NCBI GenBank assembly: GCA_964619725.1
Contig: CAZUFC010000050.1
Location: 1-55,572, forward strand
DNA: 55,572 nucleotides
Reading direction: 5' to 3'
Source: an uncultured bacterium
GTDB taxonomy: Bacteria > CSSED10-310 > CAZUFC01
The notes below the pieces were generated by a model, which saw only the letters and a program-made list of their open reading frames with translations, was not told where the DNA came from and did no database searches. A program made the translations under genes and the position numbers. Below, one piece after another: positions 9,736 through 18,941 of the stretch; position 1 is the first letter of the stretch, and every line of letters begins with the position of its first letter.

Positions 9736-10623
9736 ATGAGCTGCAGAAAAACTCAAACGACGCCCAAAACTGAATCTCTCGCCTATGTTCCCCTGTCTGT
9801 ATCTCCTGCTCAAAAAGCTGCAAAACCTTCCTGGTGCATCTCCAGCGGCTCCGTCAAACATCATGATTTCATCGATACGCTGGATTATGCTTCACGCCTG
9901 GGATTGAACGGCGTCGAACTGATTCTAAAAGGCGATGAATCTCCGTCCTATCTGATGAAAGTTCAATCGGCGAGCGTGGAGTCAGGAACCGTCGTCAAGG
10001 GCATCCATGCGCCTTTTCTTTCAAAATGCAAAACCTCATATGCACTGCGTCCTTTTTCAACAGTCGACTGGATGTTCAGAAAAGCCGTCGAGGCCGCAGA
10101 AATATTGAACGCTGAACGAATTACGTTTCATCCCCTTCCCGCGCTTTTTTCTAAAACAAAATACAGCCGAATTCTCATAAAAGCTCTTGAAAAAAGTCGA
10201 AATTCCGCCTTTTCCTTCTCCCTTGAAAATCCGGAACCCAAATTTTTCCCCTGGGCGAGAAATGAATGCTGGTGTTTAAACAGCCTGCATAAATTCATTC
10301 GATTCGTCAGGCTTATGAAACTCAGTATTACATTCGATACGTCTCATTGGGCCGTTCGCGGAATGCCCTGCAAACCTTTTCTCATCGTCGCCGGCCAATA
10401 CCTCGACAATATCCACCTTTCCGATGCAGACCATCTGCAATGTCATAAGCCGATCGGACAGGGACGTATTGATTTTTCAAAACTCTTGCATGCGCTTAAA
10501 TCAAGAAATTACTCCGGCTCCCTCACGCTGGAAGTCGAACCCGCTGATATGAATTCCATTAAAACAGACTTCACCAAACTCATGAAAGCATCGCCTGAAT
10601 CCTGGCGAATTCCCGTTATTTGA
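9736..10623 (+). CDS. Sugar phosphate isomerase/epimerase (AP endonuclease 2 TIM barrel)
   Basis: SLEN, TFDTSH, IHLSD, HKPIGQG and TLEV motifs; start uncertain. Confidence 0.8.
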   Translation: MSCRKTQTTPKTESLAYVPLSVSPAQKAAKPSWCISSGSVKHHDFIDTLDYASRLGLNGVELILKGDESPSYLMKVQSASVESGTVVKGIHAPFLSKCKTSYALRPFSTVDWMFRKAVEAAEILNAERITFHPLPALFSKTKYSRILIKALEKSRNSAFSFSLENPEPKFFPWARNECWCLNSLHKFIRFVRLMKLSITFDTSHWAVRGMPCKPFLIVAGQYLDNIHLSDADHLQCHKPIGQGRIDFSKLLHALKSRNYSGSLTLEVEPADMNSIKTDFTKLMKASPESWRIPVI

Positions 10624-10649
10624 CGTTTTATGAAAAAAGGCAGCTAAAG

Positions 10650-12920
10650 ATGAAAAAAAAGGCGTCATTTGTTTTCAGAAAAATAAGCTTCGCCGTTTTT
10701 GCCGCAATAATCTTACTCGGTGCACTGAACCTCAGAATAACTGGGATTCATTTCGGATTTCCCGACCTGGTATACGGCGATGAACACATTCTATCCGGTA
10801 AAGCGCTTCAGATGATGGCTAACGCCAGCCTTCGCCCCGACAATATGAATCGCCCCGTTTTCTACGCTTATTTGCTCATTCCGTTCTACGCCCTCACCGG
10901 CATTCTCCATTTCGTCCGTTTCGCAGCAGGCTTTGCCGATGAACCGTCATTTATCAAGATGTGGAGATATTATGAAGTCGGCCGATATATCACCGCCGCT
11001 TTCGGAACCATGCTGACGGGCGTCGTTTTCCTCACCGCTTACAAAAAAAAAGGCCTCCTTGCTGCAATTATCGCAGGAACACTGTGCGCTTGCGGAACGG
11101 TCCAGGTCAAATTTTCGCATTTCATCAAGGAAGATGTTCCGACAGCCTTTTTCTCCGCTTGCACCTTCTATTTTGTTTTTCAGTATGTGAAAACCGACAG
11201 AATAAAACATATCCTGGCCGCAGCATGCTTCGCTGGAATAACAGTAGGCGCCAAATACACCGCGGCATTTATTCCCCTAGCTGTCGCCGCTGCGGTTATG
11301 AATTCCGTCGATTCCCGATCATTGCTGAAATTTAAACCCATGTCCCGTAAAACTGCCCTGGCGGGAGCCGCCTTGCTCGTCTCAGCCGCCGCCTTCTTCG
11401 CCGTCAATCCCTACGCGCTGATCGATTTCAACCGCTTCATCAGCCCCATTAAAGAACTGCACCTCCAACGACTTATAGAAACAGAGTCCGCTGACTTATC
11501 CGGCGCCGACAAAGCCGCCGGCATCGTTGCCCGGCTTTCAGGCTTAAAGAATCCCTTCAAAGGCATCATTCAAGATATGGGCCTATTCTCCGCCGGCGCC
11601 GCCTTTCTGTGGTTCACCGTTAAACTCCTGAAACGTAATCGTGCGGCTGTAGCATATGCAGCCTTCTTCATTCCCACCGTAGTCATAATCGGCCGCAATC
11701 CCATATTTCATCCCAGTTACATCCTGCCGCTGGTTCCGGTTCTATACCTCTTCGCTGCACTTTCCATCATCGAAGCGGCAAAATGTATCTTTAAACAGAA
11801 ACCGGATTCATTCGGCCTTAATAACGTCGGATACCTCGCTTTCATTTTTATGCTTACTGGAATTTTTCTCTACCAGCCTCTGATCAATGTTAGAGCACAA
11901 AACCGGGAATTCCGTAAAAAAGATACGAGGAGTGCGTTACGCGAATGGATTAGTGAGAATCTTAATCCCGAAAAGGTTAAAATAGCCAAATCAGGCAACA
12001 TTCCCCCCTTGCCCGGATTCTGCGTCAGAGAATATTGGACATTGGGAGAACACAGCTTTCATTGGTATTTGAATCGCGGGTACACTCATTTCGCCGTCAA
12101 CCAGGATTCCCGCTTCAGAGAATACGGTAAAATAATGCAATCAAAGGTCAAAGGCTTCGATGACTTCTATCTTAAACTCCGTTCAATGACCCCCCTGCAG
12201 TCTTTCCATCCCGACGACGCATACTCAGGACCTCCGCTGGATATTTATCAAGCGAGTCCTGAAAAAATGATTCTGGATATAAATGATGAGGAACGCGTGC
12301 TCTTCGATAACGGAGCTGCGCTCCTGGCTGCTGAAATCCAGCCGAAAAAATTGAAACCCTGGGATTTCTTCAATATTGCTCTATACATTGAAAATTACGT
12401 TATTATCGATAAGAACTTTCTCATAGAATTAATCATAGAAAAAGATTCACGCGTCCTGATCAGAGATGCAAAACTGCCTTTTGACGGCTTTCGTCTGCCC
12501 GAAAACTGGAAACCGGGACAACTGATTATTGAAGACAGAAAATTCAGGGTCCCGGAAAAGAACAGACAACTGTCCGGCGAAACGGCCCAGCAAAAATTGC
12601 TTTATCCCGATATCGACAGAGGATTCGTAATGGACATGAAAAGCCTGGGTCGCTTCAGCATTAAACGAAATCATTACCGGCAATCACATTACACGACTTT
12701 AAAACTGATGCACGGTAAAAAATTGCCCCTCGAACCGAACGCCATCAGCTCATCCATGCAGATTTATTCGCAAAAAACAGCGGAAATGGGAATGTATGAT
12801 ATATATCTGAAGCTGATCGACACTGACGGCCGCCTCGTTGAACCTATCGACAAAGAATCTCCCAGAATTAAAATAGGCGAAATAGAGATAACGGCAAAAC
12901 AGGGCGAACGCCGTATCTGA
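10650..12920 (+). CDS. GT-C (family 39, PMT/ArnT-like) membrane glycosyltransferase with large soluble C-terminal domain
   Basis: GFPDLVYGDE after TM1, HFIKEDV, GAKY; many TMs; DTR..LREWI leads into a soluble domain. Confidence 0.8.
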   Translation: MKKKASFVFRKISFAVFAAIILLGALNLRITGIHFGFPDLVYGDEHILSGKALQMMANASLRPDNMNRPVFYAYLLIPFYALTGILHFVRFAAGFADEPSFIKMWRYYEVGRYITAAFGTMLTGVVFLTAYKKKGLLAAIIAGTLCACGTVQVKFSHFIKEDVPTAFFSACTFYFVFQYVKTDRIKHILAAACFAGITVGAKYTAAFIPLAVAAAVMNSVDSRSLLKFKPMSRKTALAGAALLVSAAAFFAVNPYALIDFNRFISPIKELHLQRLIETESADLSGADKAAGIVARLSGLKNPFKGIIQDMGLFSAGAAFLWFTVKLLKRNRAAVAYAAFFIPTVVIIGRNPIFHPSYILPLVPVLYLFAALSIIEAAKCIFKQKPDSFGLNNVGYLAFIFMLTGIFLYQPLINVRAQNREFRKKDTRSALREWISENLNPEKVKIAKSGNIPPLPGFCVREYWTLGEHSFHWYLNRGYTHFAVNQDSRFREYGKIMQSKVKGFDDFYLKLRSMTPLQSFHPDDAYSGPPLDIYQASPEKMILDINDEERVLFDNGAALLAAEIQPKKLKPWDFFNIALYIENYVIIDKNFLIELIIEKDSRVLIRDAKLPFDGFRLPENWKPGQLIIEDRKFRVPEKNRQLSGETAQQKLLYPDIDRGFVMDMKSLGRFSIKRNHYRQSHYTTLKLMHGKKLPLEPNAISSSMQIYSQKTAEMGMYDIYLKLIDTDGRLVEPIDKESPRIKIGEIEITAKQGERRI

Positions 12921-13004
12921 ATCAGAATTCCGCCGGTCGCATACAGCGTGAACCGGCCGAATTAATGGTGACAAAGACCTGCACCTTATATTACGAGAGA
13001 ATCA

Positions 13005-13033
13005 TTGACCTGCATTTATATCTATGCCATGAT
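13005..13033 (+). promoter_or_regulatory. Putative sigma70 promoter of the CNNM/hemolysin-family gene
   Basis: TTGACC, 17 bp, CATGAT with an extended -10 TG. Confidence 0.45.
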
Positions 13034-13120
13034 CAGGGGAGTCGATTTTTGCATTGTTTTTCCGGCATATGAAGCAATGAATTTATCGATGGAATGAATT
13101 GAATGAGATGAGATGACTTT

Positions 13121-14194
13121 ATGACTCTGCTTTTATTTTACATTGCGCTGGCTCTGGGCGTATCTTTCGTTTGCTCCGTCATGGAAGCGGTTCTGTTGAG
13201 CGTAACGCCGTCGTACACAGCCAAGCTGGAACGGGAAAGAGAACGCATGGGCCGGCGTTTGAAAGCCTTGAAAGAGGATGTTGACAAACCTCTTTCCGCT
13301 ATACTCAGTTTAAACACAATAGCTCACACCGTGGGCGCTGCCGGGGCTGGTGCACAGGCAGCCTTTGTTTTCGGCGATGCTTATGTGGGCGTTATTTCCG
13401 CTGTGCTGACGTTCCTTATTTTGGTACTTTCCGAGATCATTCCTAAAACTCTGGGCGCCGTCTACTGGCGAAATCTGGCGCCGTCCGTCGTCCATATTCT
13501 TACTCCTACCATACTGTTAATGTGGCCACTCGTTAAGCTTTCCAAGCTGATAACCAACGTCATCGCACGCGGAAAATGCGAAAGAATGGTCAGGCGTGAA
13601 GAATTCATAGCCCTGGCTGAAATGGGCGCTCGCGAAGGGGTTTTCCTCGAACAGGAATCCAGGATACTGAGAAATCTCTTTCGATTACACCAGATACAGG
13701 TTAAAAACATTATGACGCCGCGAACAGTGATCTTTGCGCTCCCAGAGTCGTTGATCGTTGAAGAAGCCATCCGCAAGTATCCCGAAATACAGTTCTCTCG
13801 AATTCCCGTATTTGCAGACTCTCTCGATGACGTCAAGGGATTCGTTCTGAAAAGCGACCTGCTGCTGACCGCCGCTCAAAAAATGGGAAATAAAAAAATA
13901 TCAGAATTGAAACGCCCGATACCGCTCATTCCGGGCAATATGTCGCTACCGGTCTTACTGGAACGATTAATGAACGAACGATCCCAAGTCGCTATGGCCA
14001 TTGATGAATACGGAGGAACTCTCGGAGTCGTCACTATAGAGGACCTGATCGAAACGCTTCTCGGTATGGAAATCATCGATGAAGCCGATAAGGTTGAAGA
14101 TATGCAGGATCTGGCCAGAAAGCAGTGGATACTCAGAGCGAAACGAATGGGCATCGTTACTGATGAGGCCGATTTGGATAAACTGTGTCTTTGA
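13121..14194 (+). CDS. CNNM (DUF21) + CBS domain protein, hemolysin/CorB-like Mg2+ homeostasis family
   Basis: SFVCSVMEAVLLS, SEIIPKTLG, IMTPRT, FSRIPV and DEYGGTLGVVTIEDLIE motifs. Confidence 0.92.
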   Translation: MTLLLFYIALALGVSFVCSVMEAVLLSVTPSYTAKLERERERMGRRLKALKEDVDKPLSAILSLNTIAHTVGAAGAGAQAAFVFGDAYVGVISAVLTFLILVLSEIIPKTLGAVYWRNLAPSVVHILTPTILLMWPLVKLSKLITNVIARGKCERMVRREEFIALAEMGAREGVFLEQESRILRNLFRLHQIQVKNIMTPRTVIFALPESLIVEEAIRKYPEIQFSRIPVFADSLDDVKGFVLKSDLLLTAAQKMGNKKISELKRPIPLIPGNMSLPVLLERLMNERSQVAMAIDEYGGTLGVVTIEDLIETLLGMEIIDEADKVEDMQDLARKQWILRAKRMGIVTDEADLDKLCL

Positions 14195-14289
14195 TCTCAT
14201 TGTTTTTCCTGGGCGCTGCAGGAGGAAAAACTATGGAATTTACAAATTATCGGAAATATGTTTTTTCCGGGGCAGGAGAGTGATAAAAA

Positions 14290-16122
14290 ATGAAAAACGG
14301 CATTTTCGGCAAAATTTTACGTATCGATCTGACGACAGGCGAATATCAAACGCTTGACATTGAAGCATCCGAAGTGAAAAAGTATTTCCTGGGTTCCGGG
14401 CTTGCTGCAAAATATTTATATTATGATTATGACAATTCCGTCGACCCTTTGGAAGCATCTTCTCCCCTGCTGTTTATTTCAGGGCTGTTTACAGGCGGCG
14501 TTCTTCCGGGGACGTCCAAGTTGAGCGTATGCGGCAGGTCGCCGCTGACGGGCATATGGAATGAGGCGACGGTAGGCGGTCATTGGCCTGCGGAATTCCG
14601 TAAAACCGGACATGACGGGATGATCATAACCGGCCGGTCAGCCGAACCGACCTATCTTTATGTAACGAGCGAGGGTGTGGAGTTTCATTCTGCTCACGAT
14701 ATATGGGGGAAGGATACTTATGAAGCGGGAAAGATGATAAAGGATCGGCACGGTCGAAGGGCTAAAGCGGCATTTATCGGACAGGCCGGCGAGAATCTGG
14801 TGCGGATATCGAGCATTATCTTTGATCCTCCCAATTCCAGGGTAGCGGCGCGTTCCGGCATCGGAGCGGTAATGGGTTCGAAGAAACTGAAAGCGATAGT
14901 TGTGGAGGGGAATCCGAGGATCAGATGGCAGGCGAAGCGTCCTGAAGAATTAAAGAAATACTTGAAGGCCAACAGAGAAGATATGAAAAAGAATACGGAG
15001 GGTTTAACCTGTTACGGGACGTCAGGAGGACTGGAAGCGGTCGAATCTTTTGGTGATTTGCCGATAAAAAACTGGCGGCTCGGCTCGTGGAAGGAAGGCG
15101 CTAAAAAAATTAGCGGTCAGTTGATGCAGCCTGAAATGCTGGATCATCATTACAGTTGCTATGCCTGTCCTGTAAGGTGCGGCAAGATTTACAAGGTTGA
15201 GGAACGAGGTTTATACGGTCACGGACCCGAATATGAAACCCTGGGAATGCTGGGAGCTTTATGTTTGAATGATGAACCTCTCATGGTGGTTGAAGGCAAC
15301 GAATGGTGCAACAGATACGGTTTGGATACCATTTCAGCAGGCTCCTGCATAGGTTTCGGCATTGAAGCTTTCGAGAAAGGCATCATTACGGAGAAAGACA
15401 CGGGCGGAATAAAGTTGGATTGGGATGGAGCAAGCATGCTGGCTTTGGTGCATCAGATCGGCCAGTCCAGGAATATCGGCAAACTGCTGGGTGAGGGAGT
15501 CAAACGCGCTGCAGAACAGTTAGGGGGCAATTCGATTGAATTTGCGGTTCATACGAAGGGTTTGGAGTATCCTGCGCATGATCCCAGAGGACATGTCAGT
15601 ATGGCTCTTTCTTATGCTACGGCAGTAAGAGGAGCCTGCCATCTTGAAGGATTAACTTATTTTCTGGATAGGGGAATCCCCCTGGAGGACTTCGGCTACA
15701 CCATCCCGCCGGACCCGCATGACTCCGATGACAAACCGCCCATTGTCGTCAACATGCAAAATTATTTAAGCGTTTTCAATCCGTTGGGCATTTGTAAATT
15801 CATGTTTATCGGCCGCGTCGGACCGACTATGATCAGTGATTGGATAAACCTGGTCTGCGGATGGGATTTTTCCATGGAGGACGTTCTGAAAGTGGGCGAA
15901 AGACTGTTCAATCTGAAGAGAATGTATAACGTCAAACTCGGAATTAGCAGAAAAGATGATGTTCTGCCGCCCAGGCTTTACGCTGAAGCGAAACCCAACG
16001 GCAACGCGAAAGGAGTCCTGCCCGATCTCGGCAATATGCTGTATCGTTATTATATACTCAGGGGCTGGACTCCGGACGGCATTCCCACACGGGAAACCCT
16101 GAAAAAATTAGATTTAAAATAA
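14290..16122 (+). CDS. aor: Aldehyde:ferredoxin oxidoreductase family (tungstopterin, 4Fe-4S)
   Basis: RSPLTG, AARSGIGAVMGSKKLKAI, CYACPVRC, GPEYET, GLDTIS, HDPRG; AGGAG RBS. Confidence 0.92.
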   Translation: MKNGIFGKILRIDLTTGEYQTLDIEASEVKKYFLGSGLAAKYLYYDYDNSVDPLEASSPLLFISGLFTGGVLPGTSKLSVCGRSPLTGIWNEATVGGHWPAEFRKTGHDGMIITGRSAEPTYLYVTSEGVEFHSAHDIWGKDTYEAGKMIKDRHGRRAKAAFIGQAGENLVRISSIIFDPPNSRVAARSGIGAVMGSKKLKAIVVEGNPRIRWQAKRPEELKKYLKANREDMKKNTEGLTCYGTSGGLEAVESFGDLPIKNWRLGSWKEGAKKISGQLMQPEMLDHHYSCYACPVRCGKIYKVEERGLYGHGPEYETLGMLGALCLNDEPLMVVEGNEWCNRYGLDTISAGSCIGFGIEAFEKGIITEKDTGGIKLDWDGASMLALVHQIGQSRNIGKLLGEGVKRAAEQLGGNSIEFAVHTKGLEYPAHDPRGHVSMALSYATAVRGACHLEGLTYFLDRGIPLEDFGYTIPPDPHDSDDKPPIVVNMQNYLSVFNPLGICKFMFIGRVGPTMISDWINLVCGWDFSMEDVLKVGERLFNLKRMYNVKLGISRKDDVLPPRLYAEAKPNGNAKGVLPDLGNMLYRYYILRGWTPDGIPTRETLKKLDLK

Positions 16123-16393
16123 CGGCGGTGATCAAAATACCCGGAACCCTGGAAACAGATGCTAACACTCCGCAAACGCAAATGGAGCGGCTTATCGCGG
16201 CCAGGAGAATATCTGATTCCCAAAATTGCAACTCCAGTTTCATCATTCCCGAAATATCGGTCCGTCCGCAACGTTTGACTTTTCCTGTTTTTTCATTCAA
16301 ACTAATAAGCTATTATTTGATTACTCCGGTCAGGAGAAACAAACGACGAAAGATTCATTTTTGAAATCAAAATCATCATGGGAGGTGGATTTT

Positions 16394-17299
16394 ATGAGCA
16401 ATCGGATCGTTAAATGCGGCCTGATTCAGGCGAAAAATGTGATAAGTCCTTCTGCAGAGCCTGACAAAATGAGCGAAGCGGAGCAGAAACAAGAGATAGA
16501 CAAAATCAAGAAAGCGATGATCGAAAAGCACGTAAAGATGATCGGGCAGGCTGGATCGGACGGCGTTAAGATCATGTGTTTACAGGAAATTTTTGCGGGG
16601 CCTTATTTTCCTGCAGAGCATCATAAGCGCTGGTATTTCTTTGCTGAAAAAATTCCGGGATACACGACCGAGGTCATGCAGGAATGCGCCCGGGAAAACG
16701 GTATGATTATCATCGTGCCGTTGTATGAAGAAACGATAACCGGCGTTTATTACAACTCGGCGGCAATAATAGACGGCGACGGAAAGCTTCTCGGCGTCTA
16801 TCGAAAGAATCACATTCCCGATGTGCCGCCGACGTTTAATGAAAAATTTTATTTCAAACCGGGGAATCTGGGCTACCCGGTATTTCAAACCGACTATGGA
16901 AAGATCGGGATTTATATATGTTACGACCGTCATTTTCCCGAAGGAGCGCGAGCCCTGGGTTTAAACGGAGCCGACATCATTTTCAATCCTTCGGCGACGA
17001 CTGCCGGAGTTTCCAAGTATTTGTGGGAACTGGAGCAGCCGGCGCATGCCGTAGCAAACGGATATTTTGTAGGAGCGATAAACCGCGTAGGGATAGAGGA
17101 GCCGTGGAAAAGCGGAAGGTTTTACGGCGGCAGCTATTTTTGCAATCCTCGGGGACAAATAGTGGCGCAAGCCGGCGAGGAGGAGGATGAAATTGTAACG
17201 GCAGAGCTTGATTTTGATGAAGTACGGCAAGTTCGCAATGCCTGGCAGTTTTTCCGTGATCGTCGGCCGGAGACATACGGACCGTTGACGGAAATTTAA
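16394..17299 (+). CDS. Beta-ureidopropionase-type carbon-nitrogen hydrolase (nitrilase superfamily)
   Basis: Glu-Lys-Cys triad in LQE, YRKNHIP and ICYDRHFPE; HAVANGYFVGAINRVG; GGAGG RBS before ATG 16394; clustered with dihydropyrimidinase. Confidence 0.88.
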   Translation: MSNRIVKCGLIQAKNVISPSAEPDKMSEAEQKQEIDKIKKAMIEKHVKMIGQAGSDGVKIMCLQEIFAGPYFPAEHHKRWYFFAEKIPGYTTEVMQECARENGMIIIVPLYEETITGVYYNSAAIIDGDGKLLGVYRKNHIPDVPPTFNEKFYFKPGNLGYPVFQTDYGKIGIYICYDRHFPEGARALGLNGADIIFNPSATTAGVSKYLWELEQPAHAVANGYFVGAINRVGIEEPWKSGRFYGGSYFCNPRGQIVAQAGEEEDEIVTAELDFDEVRQVRNAWQFFRDRRPETYGPLTEI

Positions 17300-17416
17300 C
17301 CCCTGTCAGGGGAATCGAACGACGGCGCCGGCTTTCATGAGACAGGAGGCGATTTTGGCTTCGTTTCAGGACTTTAAAAGTGATTTCACGAGAGAAAACA
17401 GAGGCGATTCGGCGAC

Positions 17417-18115
17417 ATGAACAAGGTTTATTCAGACATCGATAAAGTCGTATCCGATATACCGGACGGCGCGATCATCATGTGCGGCGGTTTCGGGCTT
17501 TGCGGCATTCCGGAAAATCTGATCAGGGCGCTGGTCAGGAAAAACGTTAAGGAACTGACGATAATCAGCAACAACCTGGGATCAATCGATTTAAAGGAGG
17601 GCGGCGCATACGGAATAGCGTTGCTTTTCCAAAACAGACAGGTGCGAAAATTCATCGGTTCTTATCCCGGTCCGGTGAGCAAGCTGGACTGGTTCAAAGA
17701 AGCTTATGTCAGAGGTGAGATAAAAATCGAGTTAATGCCGCAGGGGACTTTGAACGAGCGAATACGTTGTGCGGGGGCGGGATTGGGTGGAGTATATACT
17801 CCGACCGGGGTCGGCACGGTTTTCGAAGACGACAAGGAAAAAAAAATGATTAACGGACGGGAATATCTTCTGGAATTGCCGTTGCATGCTGATTATGCGC
17901 TGATAAAAGGTTATAAAGGGGATGCCGAAGGGAATCTGACCTATCGATACACGGCCAGGAATTACAATCCGGTGATGGCTCCGGCTGCAGAAACCGCCAT
18001 AGCGGAAGTCGAACATCTTGTCCCCGTCGGTTCGCTGGACCCTGATCATGTTCATACGCCGGGCATATTCGTTCAAAGGATCATACAGGGTGAAAAGTAT
18101 GAAAAAAGGGCTTAA
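17417..18115 (+). CDS. Family I CoA-transferase subunit A (ScoA/AtoD-like)
   Basis: GGFGLCGIPENLI, PQGTLNERIR and TARNYNP motifs. Confidence 0.92.
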   Translation: MNKVYSDIDKVVSDIPDGAIIMCGGFGLCGIPENLIRALVRKNVKELTIISNNLGSIDLKEGGAYGIALLFQNRQVRKFIGSYPGPVSKLDWFKEAYVRGEIKIELMPQGTLNERIRCAGAGLGGVYTPTGVGTVFEDDKEKKMINGREYLLELPLHADYALIKGYKGDAEGNLTYRYTARNYNPVMAPAAETAIAEVEHLVPVGSLDPDHVHTPGIFVQRIIQGEKYEKRA

Positions 18116-18764
18116 CAGAGAACAATTAGCCTCACGCGCAGCCAGAAAAATCCCCGACGGCAGCTACGTTAATCTGGGAATAGGGCTGCCGAGCCTGATA
18201 GCGAAATATCTCAAAGACAGAGATGTGATGATTCATTCGGAAAACGGGCTTATCGGTATGGGCGCTCCCCCGCCGTCCGGCCAGGAAGACCCCGATCTGG
18301 TCAATGCCGGCAAACAGCCGGTCACGATAAAGCCTGGAGGTTCAATATGTTCCCAGGTAGAATCCTTCGCCGTTATCCGGGGCGGACATTTGGATATAAC
18401 TGTTCTGGGCGCTTTCCAAGTGTCGCGACGGGGCGATGTCGCAAACTGGTGCGTTCCCGGCAAAGGCCGGGTGCCGGGAGTCGGAGGCGCTATGGACCTG
18501 GTGACGGGAACGAAAAATGTCATCGTAACCATGACCCATACGGCCAATGACGGCTCTCCTAAAATTTTGAACGAATGCACTTTCCCGCTCACCGGTAAAA
18601 AATGCGTGAATATGATCATTACCGATCTCGCGGTTATTCGCATCATCGAATCAGGTTTGCGGCTCGAAGAGATCGCTCCCGGCCTGATGATTGATGACAT
18701 TCAAAGCGTGACCGAACCCAAACTGATCGTTTCGGACGATCTGCGCTTTATGAGAACGAATTGA
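18099..18764 (+). CDS. Family I CoA-transferase subunit B (ScoB/AtoA-like)
   Basis: VNLGIGLP, SENG catalytic Glu motif, GGAMDLV; start refined to ATG 18099. Confidence 0.92.
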   Translation: MKKGLNREQLASRAARKIPDGSYVNLGIGLPSLIAKYLKDRDVMIHSENGLIGMGAPPPSGQEDPDLVNAGKQPVTIKPGGSICSQVESFAVIRGGHLDITVLGAFQVSRRGDVANWCVPGKGRVPGVGGAMDLVTGTKNVIVTMTHTANDGSPKILNECTFPLTGKKCVNMIITDLAVIRIIESGLRLEEIAPGLMIDDIQSVTEPKLIVSDDLRFMRTN

Positions 18765-18941
18765 TTTTATGAAGCCTGGTTAAACATCTATATTCTGCGA
18801 CTGCATTAGATCAATCATGATGAAATGCCGAAACGAAAAAAATGAAAAAATAATAAGTGATTTAGAGACGTTTATTTTGTTGATGAAAAATCAGCGTCGG
18901 TCCGGAATTCGGACCGGCATCCGGCGATGAGGAGGCAAACT

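Noticed and set aside
18896-18918. Hairpin upstream of hydA as a terminator or riboswitch
   Set aside because: The 9-bp stem has no plus-strand U-tract and no recognisable aptamer; at most an mRNA-stabilising stem
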